Shown: one piece after another, positions 55,552-63,586 of the stretch
Numbering within the stretch: position 1 is the stretch's first letter
How the letters are laid out: the number at the start of each line of letters is the position of its first letter
NCBI GenBank assembly: GCA_965202855.1
Contig: CBDBBP010000004.1
Location: 807,776-871,775, forward strand
DNA from: Arenicellales bacterium
GTDB taxonomy: Bacteria; Pseudomonadota; Gammaproteobacteria; Arenicellales; JAJDZL01
DNA: 64,000 nt
Direction of reading: 5' to 3'
Program-made: the position numbers and the translations under genes
The notes under the pieces: model-generated
Told to the model about the DNA's origin: nothing
Databases searched by the model: none
The model's input: the letters and a program-made list of their open reading frames with translations, nothing else

Positions 55552-56403
55552 GATGCGGTGTTCATCGTCCACACTGCAATTCTTCAAATGTGCTAATTGG
55601 TACGAAACACAAGTCCATGCCTTATCGCTGTCGAAAAAAGGATGCAGAAAACGATTTAGCGTGAGAACTAAATCTGTAATAGAGTGCTCCAGACTGGGCT
55701 ATCAGGCATGGGCAACTGCGATCTTTCTTTTGACTACAAATCTGAAAGGTGTATCTTCAATGAAGTTGCACAGAGATTTGGATATTACTCAAAAGTCTGC
55801 TTGGAAATTGGCTCACAGACTGCGAGATACTTGGGATGCCGATAAAGAATTTTTTTCAGGTGTTGTCGAAGCGGACGAAACTTATGTAGGCGGACTGGAA
55901 AAGAACAAACACAAAGACAAGAAAGATAAATGCTGGACGTGGCGGAGTTGGTAAATCCATAGTTGCTGGAATCAAAGATCGAGAAACCAATCAAGTGAAA
56001 GCAAAAGTTATTGAAAACACCAAGTGGAAAACTCTTCACAAAATCATTCAGGACAACGTAGAACCTGGTTCAAATTTATTCACTGATGACTTTAAAAGTT
56101 ACAGGAACTTAAAAGATTATTTTCACCAGTATGTCAAGCATAGTGCGGGTGAATGTGTAAATGAAATGACCCACATCAATGGGATTGAATCCTTTTGGTC
56201 TATGTTGAAAAGAGCCCATAAAAGGAACTTATCACAAATTCAGCGTAAAGCATTTGGATAAATATGTATTGGAATTTTCAGGAAGGCATAATATTAGAGA
56301 AGTCGATACCATTGATCAAATGGAATCCATAGTTAAAAACATGGAAGGGAATCGGCTAAAATTTGAAGAATTGGTACCTGGTGAAGATAACAGATTGTTC
56401 TGA
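55548..56403 (+). pseudogene. IS1595-family (ISXO2-like) transposase, 5'-truncated with at least three frameshifts
   Basis: Pieced together across three frames it reads GVHRPHCNSSNV..KHKSMPYRCRKK / CRKRFSVRT...LGYQAWATAIFLLTTNLKGVSSMKLHRDLDITQKSAWKLAHRLR...VEADETYVGG / GRGGVGKSIVAGIKDRETNQVKAKV...TDDFKSYRNL...HINGIESFWSMLKRA / GTYHKFSVKHLDKYVLEFSGRHN. Frame changes occur near 55634-55639 (A6 run), about 55928, and 56220-56223 (A4 run). Confidence 0.8.
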
Positions 56404-56446
56404 TCATGTAAACATGAACGATAAATACTCTTAAAGGTATCGAAAA

Positions 56447-56623
56447 ATGACGAAATCATTTGCAGAATTTATAGAAGAAAAGAAAATGCCTACTCTTAAA
56501 GAGATTGAGGCATTGGAAGAGAAAATTGACATAGAGGATACAAAGAAAGTACTAAAAATTTATGAGAAACATCCAGAAAGATTTTTACAATTTGAAGACT
56601 TTGTAAAGATTTGGCGGGGCTAA
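56447..56623 (+). CDS. Candidate antitoxin (58 aa) of a RelE/ParE-type pair
   Basis: My translation is MTKSFAEFIEEKKMPTLKEIEALEEKIDIEDTKKVLKIYEKHPERFLQFEDFVKIWRG. It is below the ORF-track cutoff and ends 64 nt upstream of the toxin-like ORF. The call rests on position only. Confidence 0.4.
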   Translation: MTKSFAEFIEEKKMPTLKEIEALEEKIDIEDTKKVLKIYEKHPERFLQFEDFVKIWRG

Positions 56624-56687
56624 ACAAATTGGCAAGAAAAAACGAAAAACACAGTCAAATTGGAAGCACAATATTTATGAAAATGTA

Positions 56688-56987
56688 ATGAATCAAATTG
56701 ATTCTTATGATTTTTCAAAAGATGAAAAAGATGATATTGAAGAAATATTAAACGGCATAATTAACGCCCCATTAGAAAACGCAACAAAAAGATTAAAAGG
56801 ATTTCGACATACTTATTGTGCTTATTATGTTCGAACAATATTTGTAAACATAGATGGAATGCGCAGAACTAAAGATGATCACTACAGATTAATCTTTAAA
56901 GTCTATCCAATTAGAAAACTAGTTATAGTTACTAAATTTGGAGAGAGAGTGACTGTATATGACGGTCTTACTGAGCGTTATGAATGA
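56688..56987 (+). CDS. RelE/ParE-like toxin candidate
   Basis: 99 aa. LKGFRHTYCAYYVRT.......DHYRLIFKVYPIRKLVIVTKFGERVTVY follows the RelE/ParE C-terminal pattern (L.g....y.......dYRiiy.v......i..ig.R..vY). The match is weaker than for the 24893 toxin. Confidence 0.5.
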   Translation: MNQIDSYDFSKDEKDDIEEILNGIINAPLENATKRLKGFRHTYCAYYVRTIFVNIDGMRRTKDDHYRLIFKVYPIRKLVIVTKFGERVTVYDGLTERYE

Positions 56988-57090
56988 TATGAAAAATACA
57001 TTCACGAATAATAAGAATTTGAATTTATTGACATTTTCATAGCTAGAAAGCTCAAACAAGAATTACCGAATTCGTAAATTTTGTTCTAAA

Positions 57091-57147
57091 ATGGGAGTTC
57101 CAAACTGGGGAAATCGCACCTTAATTCATGGTGATAATCTAGATTGA
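57091..57147 (+). pseudogene. 17-codon N-terminal stub of a DNA methyltransferase (N6/N4 type)
   Basis: My translation is MGVPNWGNRTLIHGDNLD*. N(R/K)LI.GDNL is the hallmark N-terminus of many adenine/cytosine-N DNA methylases (type II and type III Mod). The frame ends where the sequence character changes abruptly. Confidence 0.5.
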
Positions 57148-57166
57148 ACGAAGCCGCTTCGCGGCA

Positions 57167-57179
57167 GGGGGGGGGGGGG
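57167..57179. repeat. Homopolymeric G13 tract
   Basis: Counted directly: gcggca + 13 G + tcaagcc. A GCCGCttcGCGGC hairpin lies upstream, and overlapping hairpins (TCAAGCC..GGtCTTGA and CAGAGG..CCTCTG) lie downstream. Confidence 0.9.
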
Positions 57180-57314
57180 TCAAGCCAGAGGTCTTGATTT
57201 GCCTCTGAATCTGATTTCAATCTTCAAAAGACTCTGCCACACATGAGCCGATAGTGGTCTACTGTATAGGTGGTGTTCATAAGAACATCATCAACCTTTT
57301 TACGGGAGACTGTG

Positions 57315-58110
57315 ATGACAAATATTGTTGGCTCAAAGCCTACCTCCCCTTTACGGCAACGCACTATCGACTGCATGACCCTGAGCGGACTCGCAGACAG
57401 CACCTAAAAAACCTATATGTGGGAGTTGACGCAACTGCCCCCGATACTACGGGCATTCGCCAGAGCAGCTGGATGCCGAGCAAATTCAGGACTATGTGCT
57501 ACAGCGGATCCATTCCGAATGCGCACCCGCGTCAACCAATGTGACTGTAGCCGCATTGTGATTATTCCACATCAAAGCGCTCGGCGAACCCGAGCGGATT
57601 GCACAATTGAGCTGCCGCCCGGTCAAGGATCGTTTGCCCCGGCCCATCAGTGAAGCCGATGTCATGCGCCTGTTCAAGGCCACTTTCGATGTGCGCTATC
57701 GCACCGCTTTCGAACTGGCCTATAGCACCGGGCTTCGCATCTCTGAAGTGCTGGAGCTCAAGCTCGATGATCTGAACCGGGCCCAACAATTGGTGTGAGT
57801 GCGCCGCGGCAAAAACGGCCATGAACGTCGGGTGTTTGTGCCGCCGGCACTGTTTGAGAAACTCGACCGTTACTGGCGCCAGATTTAACCGAAACCGCAA
57901 TCTTGGCTGTTCTATGGCAAGTCGCCCGAGCAACCGCTTAAAGCGCCTACTCTGCGACAGGCTTTCTGTTGATCTCCGACTTTCTTCGCAGCCCTGCCTT
58001 CCAGCATCAAGACTGCGGCAGCGGCTATTTTTGATCTTGGAAGCAACGGTTTCATCGCTCTTGAACACGTTGTTCCCTTTGGGAACTGAGTTCGATGAAA
58101 TGGCGCGGAT
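57315..58110 (+). pseudogene. Tyrosine recombinase / integrase (XerC/D-like) pseudogene
   Basis: Across frames it reads PLRQRTIDCMTLSGLADST*KTYMWELTQL / SPEQLDAEQIQDYVLQRIHSECAPASTNVTVAAL / ALGEPERIAQLSCRPVKDRLPRPISEADVMRLFKATFDVRYRTAFELAYSTGLRISEVLELKLDDLN...RRGKNGHERRVFVPPALFEKLDRYWRQI*. It then degenerates into (H)SRLRQRLFLILEAT, a decayed H.LRHsfAtHLLE box. There are several stops and frameshifts. Confidence 0.75.
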
Positions 58111-58153
58111 CGTGAAACTCAACAACAATCGCAGGACGGCGAACCGGCTTGGC

Positions 58154-59422
58154 TCAGCCTGGCGGCCGCCCATAGGTCAATCTCCGCCAGAGCCATTCCA
58201 GCGGTCCGCTTCGAAATCGCCGAAGCCAGAGCGGAGACCACCACAGCTGTGCCGCACACACGGCTCCGACAATGAGCGCCTGCTGCCAGCGCGGCGCGCT
58301 GCCGAAAAGCCCGAGCCCGTGCCCATAGAAGATGGCCGTGCAGACCAGGGTCTGCGCGATGTAGTTGGTGAATGCCATCCGCCCCACTGCTGCGAGACGC
58401 GCCTGCAGGCCGGGCAGCCAGCCGCGGCGAAGCGCGAGCATCATCGCGCCGACGTAGCCGAGCGCCATCACCACTCCTCCCCAGTAGTTCAGCTGGCTCC
58501 AGAAAGCAACCGAGTGCGGCCAGTTCCAGCCAGTGGCGAAATCGAGCCATGTTCCGGCCAAGATCGGCACCGATCCTCCGACGATTCCCATCGCAGCCAG
58601 TCGCCAGTAGAAACGGTCGCCGCGGGCGGCGCTCAGAACCCCCCATTTGTACAGAGCCATTCCCACAAGCATCATGCCGGCGCAGCGCCACAGCAGGAGC
58701 AACGGAAACGCGTAAAGGTGCATGCCCAGCGAACCCTTCACACGCAGCGGCTGCTGCTCGAGCCATCCTCCCCGGTAGGCTTCCACTTCGGACAGGCGCT
58801 GGGCTTCCGAAGGCGCCCACGAGCTGGCCCGCAGTTCGGCGACGATCTCCTGCGGCACAACCTCCTTCAGCATGGCAATGCCAATGAAGAGATAGAGCAG
58901 AGTGGACACTGAGAAAACAGCCACCCCGGCGCACGCCAGTGTTCGGGCTTGACTGTTCCGAAGCATGAAGACGAAACAGCCGCACAGGGCGTACGGCACG
59001 AGGATGTCGCCGATCCACAGCAGATAGGCATGGGCGAGCCCGAAACCGAACAGCCAGAACATGCGCCTGTAGTGCAAGGAGGCAGCTCTCCCGCCTCGGG
59101 CTTCGACCCGATCTGCGAACAGGCATACACCGGCCCCGAACAGCATGGAGAAAATGGTAATGAACTTGGTGTCAGCCAAAAGATGGCTAAGGAACCAGAC
59201 TGCGAAATTGATTCCGGTCAGGTCTCCCCACATCGTAGGATTGAGGTAGGCCGCTTCCGGCATCGAGAACACCTGAATGTTCATGACCAGGATGCCCAGC
59301 ACGGCGAAACCGCGCAGGACGTCCAAACTGGCGATGCGGCCGCCTGTCGAGGGACTCGGATAGCTGGATGCCTTGAGTGGCGTCGAGCCTTGCGTCTTTC
59401 TCATTTCGCGAACGTCAGGCAT
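58154..59422 (-). CDS. DUF418 / YeiB-like inner-membrane protein
   Basis: 422 aa. RIASLDVLRGFAVLGILVMN near the N-terminus and the C-terminal FRSGPLEWLWRRLTYG are both family hallmarks. It is visibly much more GC-rich than the backbone. The many overlapping antisense ORFs in this region are composition artefacts. Confidence 0.8.
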   Translation of the reverse strand: MPDVREMRKTQGSTPLKASSYPSPSTGGRIASLDVLRGFAVLGILVMNIQVFSMPEAAYLNPTMWGDLTGINFAVWFLSHLLADTKFITIFSMLFGAGVCLFADRVEARGGRAASLHYRRMFWLFGFGLAHAYLLWIGDILVPYALCGCFVFMLRNSQARTLACAGVAVFSVSTLLYLFIGIAMLKEVVPQEIVAELRASSWAPSEAQRLSEVEAYRGGWLEQQPLRVKGSLGMHLYAFPLLLLWRCAGMMLVGMALYKWGVLSAARGDRFYWRLAAMGIVGGSVPILAGTWLDFATGWNWPHSVAFWSQLNYWGGVVMALGYVGAMMLALRRGWLPGLQARLAAVGRMAFTNYIAQTLVCTAIFYGHGLGLFGSAPRWQQALIVGAVCAAQLWWSPLWLRRFRSGPLEWLWRRLTYGRPPG

Positions 59423-59554
59423 GATCGCTCCATCGCTGCCCCAAGATCCGCGCCGGCAGTCAACTCATCACCGAGTACAAAGAAAAGGCACAGAACATGA
59501 AATCTGACAACGCGGCTGAAAATATGAAATTTGGACTGGCTTTCGAGGCTGCTG

Positions 59555-60748
59555 CTATTCGATGCCTGCTCGAACGCCTTTCATGATGTCGGCTTCAGCC
59601 CAGGTCAGCGCCAGCGCAAATTCAATCCGTCTCATTTCATAGTATGCGAAAAGCAGCTCCGCCTGCGCATTGCCCAGGTCCGATTTTTCCTCAAGCTCAT
59701 ACAATGCCCGGCTTCTGTCCATATATTGATCCCGAAAATCCGATCGCACTTTCGCTGCAGCCAGTTCCACCTGCAGCAGCTTGAGTTTCTTCCAAAGCTC
59801 AAACGCGCGCCTGCGATGATCATCCTTCATCAAATTCAATTCGGACTGTGCCCGCTCAACCTCGATTCCGCCTAGCTTCAGAGCTTGCGATTTCGTCTTT
59901 CCCGCAATCAGCGGAAACCTCAACTGAAGCCCTACGGATGAGCTGTTGCGACTTCCGGTTTCCATTTCCCATGCCGCTGCTCCAATCACTGCTTCTAATT
60001 TTGGAGCATATTGCTTTTCAGTCGCTTTCAATGCGTCTTTTGCCGACTGCAGCTTCATTTCCGCATCGGCTATCTCAAAACTGTTCCCCGAAACTTCAGC
60101 CAGAAAGTCCTCATATTCAGGAATTGGGCGTTCGACATAGCCGCTTACGTCAGGTTCAGCCAAATCACGCGGAATGTAGTCTGGAATCCCGAGAGCCTGT
60201 CCCAAATCCCGACGCGAGCTGATCTGATTCATGGCAGCTGCCTCTCGAACATGAAACCGCTCCCGATAAATGGTTTCCAATGCGAGAACATCAACTTCAG
60301 CATGCGCGTCGTACATTTCCATTTCTTCGCGCAGGCGGTTGTAACGCAAAAATGCTAAAGTCATTTTCTCGTTTTTCACGGCGTAGTCGAGATCTGCAAG
60401 CAACACGTTAAAAAATTTGTGCATGATCTCAAAACGATGCAACTGCCGCTGGCGCTCTAGAGAACGTTCTGCTCTATCCGTGTCAGCCCGCGCCCGATTC
60501 ACATGTGGGTCGACTGCTGCCTCCGGCCGCAGACTACGGCCAGCTTCATAATGTTCGAAGTTAACGCGTGCGGCTTCAACATCCAGTTCTTTTTGTCGAA
60601 CCAAATGATTTGATTTTCCGGCGTAAGCGAGAGCTTCAGCGAGAGAAAGAGGTTCAGTAGGAAATTCGACATCAGCGAATGCGCTAACCGCTAGTGAAGC
60701 CGCGAAAACAGCGCCAATTACCTTGAGAAATTTGGGCATGAAGCTCAT
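59555..60748 (-). CDS. TolC-family outer-membrane efflux protein (short form)
   Basis: 397 aa. It has a signal peptide (MSFMPKFLKVIGAVFAASLAVSAFA) and two coiled-coil/beta repeats with an alternating helical heptad character, as in outer-membrane factors. Confidence 0.7.
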   Translation of the reverse strand: MSFMPKFLKVIGAVFAASLAVSAFADVEFPTEPLSLAEALAYAGKSNHLVRQKELDVEAARVNFEHYEAGRSLRPEAAVDPHVNRARADTDRAERSLERQRQLHRFEIMHKFFNVLLADLDYAVKNEKMTLAFLRYNRLREEMEMYDAHAEVDVLALETIYRERFHVREAAAMNQISSRRDLGQALGIPDYIPRDLAEPDVSGYVERPIPEYEDFLAEVSGNSFEIADAEMKLQSAKDALKATEKQYAPKLEAVIGAAAWEMETGSRNSSSVGLQLRFPLIAGKTKSQALKLGGIEVERAQSELNLMKDDHRRRAFELWKKLKLLQVELAAAKVRSDFRDQYMDRSRALYELEEKSDLGNAQAELLFAYYEMRRIEFALALTWAEADIMKGVRAGIE

Positions 60749-60781
60749 GCAATTTAGAAGAATCCTACGATTCTTATGAGC

Positions 60782-61360
60782 TTATTCGACACTAGCTGAT
60801 TTTCTGACGCTTCTTTTATATTTGACAAAATTGGTCGTCTTGTAATGCTGCTCTACGACAAAATTCCCGAGCAGCATAAACTCCTCCGCATTCTTGGTCG
60901 CGCCAGTGTAGCGCATCACCCGATTTCCTTGAAGGTCTAAGAACAAAAATACTGGAGTCGCACGAACTCGGTTGTGTTTCAGAGCAAAATCTTTTTCGGA
61001 AATTTCCTGGCCATTGAAGTCTACGATCAGATTATCTCCTTCAACGTTCATCATCAGCACTCGAAAATGTTCCCGATAGTAATCTTGGATTTCCGACTGA
61101 TTGAAAACCGTAACTTTCATGCGCTCGCACCAAGGACAGTCATTTAACTCAAACATTACCATAATGTTGGTTTGTCCTTCTTCCCGTGCAAGCTCAGCCT
61201 CTTCCTGCAGATCTCCAAATGTCTGATGAAAAAAATACTCATCCGGATCTCGCAATTCTGCATAGGTTACTGCGACACCTGAACAAAAAACAGCCAGCGT
61301 AACAATGAATATATCTCTGAGATACGCAAGTAATTTTTGATAATGCTTTAATAGTTTCAT
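60782..61360 (-). CDS. Periplasmic/membrane-anchored thioredoxin-fold protein (SoxW/SoxS-like position)
   Basis: 192 aa. It has an N-terminal hydrophobic anchor and a redox motif CPWC (NDCPWCERMK). It lies directly downstream of soxB (10 nt gap). Confidence 0.75.
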   Translation of the reverse strand: MKLLKHYQKLLAYLRDIFIVTLAVFCSGVAVTYAELRDPDEYFFHQTFGDLQEEAELAREEGQTNIMVMFELNDCPWCERMKVTVFNQSEIQDYYREHFRVLMMNVEGDNLIVDFNGQEISEKDFALKHNRVRATPVFLFLDLQGNRVMRYTGATKNAEEFMLLGNFVVEQHYKTTNFVKYKRSVRKSASVE

Positions 61361-61370
61361 CGATGTAGTT

Positions 61371-63116
61371 TTAAACTTTCCAATCTCCGATACCTGGATT
61401 TCCAGCTCTTAACTTTATATTAGGTTGGTTCGTTTGGTCAACTTGTATCGATTCTTTCGAGCGCAGGAATTCAGCAACGACTTCCCACACAGGGGGACCG
61501 GAAGAAACTTCACCCACTGTCGCCCACCCCGAAACCAAATAGTTTTTGTTAGCCAAAATCGGATTTCCATTCACTTGTCGAAGATCAGATATTCGATTAC
61601 CCATGGCTTGAGTTGGATCAATGCTGTAAGTCATGCCTGAAACTCGGACCATATCACCACCTTGCTGGTAAAACGGATCTGGATTAAACGCGTTGTCAGC
61701 AACGTCTTCAAGTATCAATTTTAAGGCCTCACCATTGATCTCGCGAACATAAGTTTCCGGATAAGTTATCGCGGTTTGGGCAAGAACATCTTCCATTGTA
61801 ATGGCTTGACCCGGGACTACAGAAGTTCCCCACCGAAAACCTGGAGACAAAGCGATCTCCGATTGCAAAACATTGCGCAAAGCATCACCGATAATCTCGT
61901 CAAACGTACCATTGAAATTTCCCCGCCGAAACAGTAAAGATTCCGTCACCGCGAGTTCTTCATCCAAAACACTTGCATATCGCATTCTGGATTTCTGAAT
62001 AAATCTCTGCATATCTGTGTCGGCATCGAGGTAATTTCCGAAGACAGGCAACAAGCGATAACGAAATTCCTCAATTCCTGAGGAACCCAATTTTAGATCC
62101 AATACTCCCACAAACTTTCCATTGGAACCTGCGTTCGTGACTAAAGTTGTTCCTCCGGGATTTATTACCTGAACTGGACTGGGTACGGCGTCGTGTGTAT
62201 GACCTCCCAGAATCGCATCGACTCCGCTGATTAAACTCGCTAGTTTTTGGTCAACATCCATACCATTGTGGGAAAGTAGAATCACCGCATCGGGACTATG
62301 ACTGTCTCGAATTTGGTCAACTAGCTCTTGTAATTCATCCAATCGAATTCCGAACGTCCAGTCCGGAATATTGCGTCGTGGATTCGCGATAGGTGTATAC
62401 GGAAACGCTTGCCCGATGACAGCAATATCGAAACCTCCCATAGTTTTGATTGTAAAAGGTCGAAAAGCATGCCCGGTAAACTCATCGAATGCTGGTTTTT
62501 CATCGAACAAGGCATCTTCGGTCAAGTAAACATTGTGAGCAATGAATTCTCCTTGAAACGCTTCCAAATTAGCCTGTAATTCAGAGGGTTGATAGGTAAA
62601 TTCCCAATGGCCGGTTGCGACGTCAACTCCGAGCAAATTGTTAGCTTGCACCATTTCCATTCCCCGCGTCCACAGCGCTGTTCCGCTGCCTTGCCAACTG
62701 TCACCGCCATCAAGCAGCAAGGTTCGTTCCGGTCCATAACTTTGTCTTAGCTGATCGATGAGTGATTTCATATACGCATACCCACCTACTTTGCCATATT
62801 TCTCGGCCAACTCGGCAAAATTCTTGTAGGTAAAAGCGTAGGCTTCGGGTGAAGCATCTGCAATTCCGTAAAATTCCAGAAATGCATCACCCACAATATG
62901 CGGTGGTTTGCCCCAAGCGCCAGCGACGCCGACATTCACATGAGGCTCACGATAATAGACTGGATTTAATTGAGCATGGGTATCTGTAATGTGAAGCAGA
63001 CGAACTTGTCCAAAGGATGGAATATCGTAGGCATCGGCACCCGCGATTGAAACCGCGGGTATGAATCCAGCGACACTCGCTGCCGATAGCGTTTTTAAAA
63101 ATGCTCTCCGGTCCAC
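61371..63116 (-). CDS. soxB: Thiosulfohydrolase SoxB
   Basis: 581 aa. Tat signal (V)DRRAFLKTLSAASVAG, then a 5'-nucleotidase/metallophosphatase core (LLHITDTHAQ, GGDSWQGS, LLSHNGMDVD, GGHTHD). The start codon is GTG. Confidence 0.9.
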   Translation of the reverse strand: MDRRAFLKTLSAASVAGFIPAVSIAGADAYDIPSFGQVRLLHITDTHAQLNPVYYREPHVNVGVAGAWGKPPHIVGDAFLEFYGIADASPEAYAFTYKNFAELAEKYGKVGGYAYMKSLIDQLRQSYGPERTLLLDGGDSWQGSGTALWTRGMEMVQANNLLGVDVATGHWEFTYQPSELQANLEAFQGEFIAHNVYLTEDALFDEKPAFDEFTGHAFRPFTIKTMGGFDIAVIGQAFPYTPIANPRRNIPDWTFGIRLDELQELVDQIRDSHSPDAVILLSHNGMDVDQKLASLISGVDAILGGHTHDAVPSPVQVINPGGTTLVTNAGSNGKFVGVLDLKLGSSGIEEFRYRLLPVFGNYLDADTDMQRFIQKSRMRYASVLDEELAVTESLLFRRGNFNGTFDEIIGDALRNVLQSEIALSPGFRWGTSVVPGQAITMEDVLAQTAITYPETYVREINGEALKLILEDVADNAFNPDPFYQQGGDMVRVSGMTYSIDPTQAMGNRISDLRQVNGNPILANKNYLVSGWATVGEVSSGPPVWEVVAEFLRSKESIQVDQTNQPNIKLRAGNPGIGDWKV

Positions 63117-63238
63117 TTCGTTGTTGCACCTAGCTTCAATCTAGGTGCCAGCGGTCGAATTGAAGGTAAATCTGCGATCGCAAGCAAGACTTATTCAATC
63201 GGTTTCGCAAGAGAAGAAAGAAATATTCAATTGCTAAT

Positions 63239-63568
63239 TTAGCGAATTACGCGACCTTCCCATAGCTTTTGTTCACGATTCGCTTGAAAGATCGCAGCCT
63301 CGCTTTGCTTTTTGGCTTCAGCAACAAGTTTCATTGCTTTCTCCAACTCACCTTCTTGAGCCAATTTCTGAGCTTGCCTTAGAAGCTTTGCGGTGTCTCG
63401 CCATTCGTGTTTGAGTTGCCTGGATTGTTTGCGGAGATCATTCGCCTCAACAAAAGCGGCATTGAATTCTGCGACACTCGCTGACTGAGATACCGATACT
63501 GCGCTAAAACTCAAAAAAAGACTGATTAATGACAAAATTGCATAATTTCGAAAAGTCGTTAATTTCAT
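63239..63568 (-). CDS. Small secreted coiled-coil protein between soxA and soxB
   Basis: 109 aa. A signal peptide (MKLTTFRNYAILSLISLFLSFSAVSVSQSA) is followed by Lys/Glu/Ala/Gln-rich helices. I cannot assign a family. SoxK-like SoxAX-binding subunits are of similar size, but that is only an idea. Confidence 0.6.
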   Translation of the reverse strand: MKLTTFRNYAILSLISLFLSFSAVSVSQSASVAEFNAAFVEANDLRKQSRQLKHEWRDTAKLLRQAQKLAQEGELEKAMKLVAEAKKQSEAAIFQANREQKLWEGRVIR

Positions 63569-63586
63569 GATCTTGTCTCCGTTCGA

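Noticed and set aside
57562-59500. Long ORFs on both strands (363, 335, 203, 183 and 171 aa) overlapping the DUF418 gene and the integrase relic.
   Set aside because: These are typical high-GC stop-codon-poor artefacts with Arg/Ala/Pro/Gly-rich low-complexity translations. Only the DUF418 frame shows family hallmarks at both termini.
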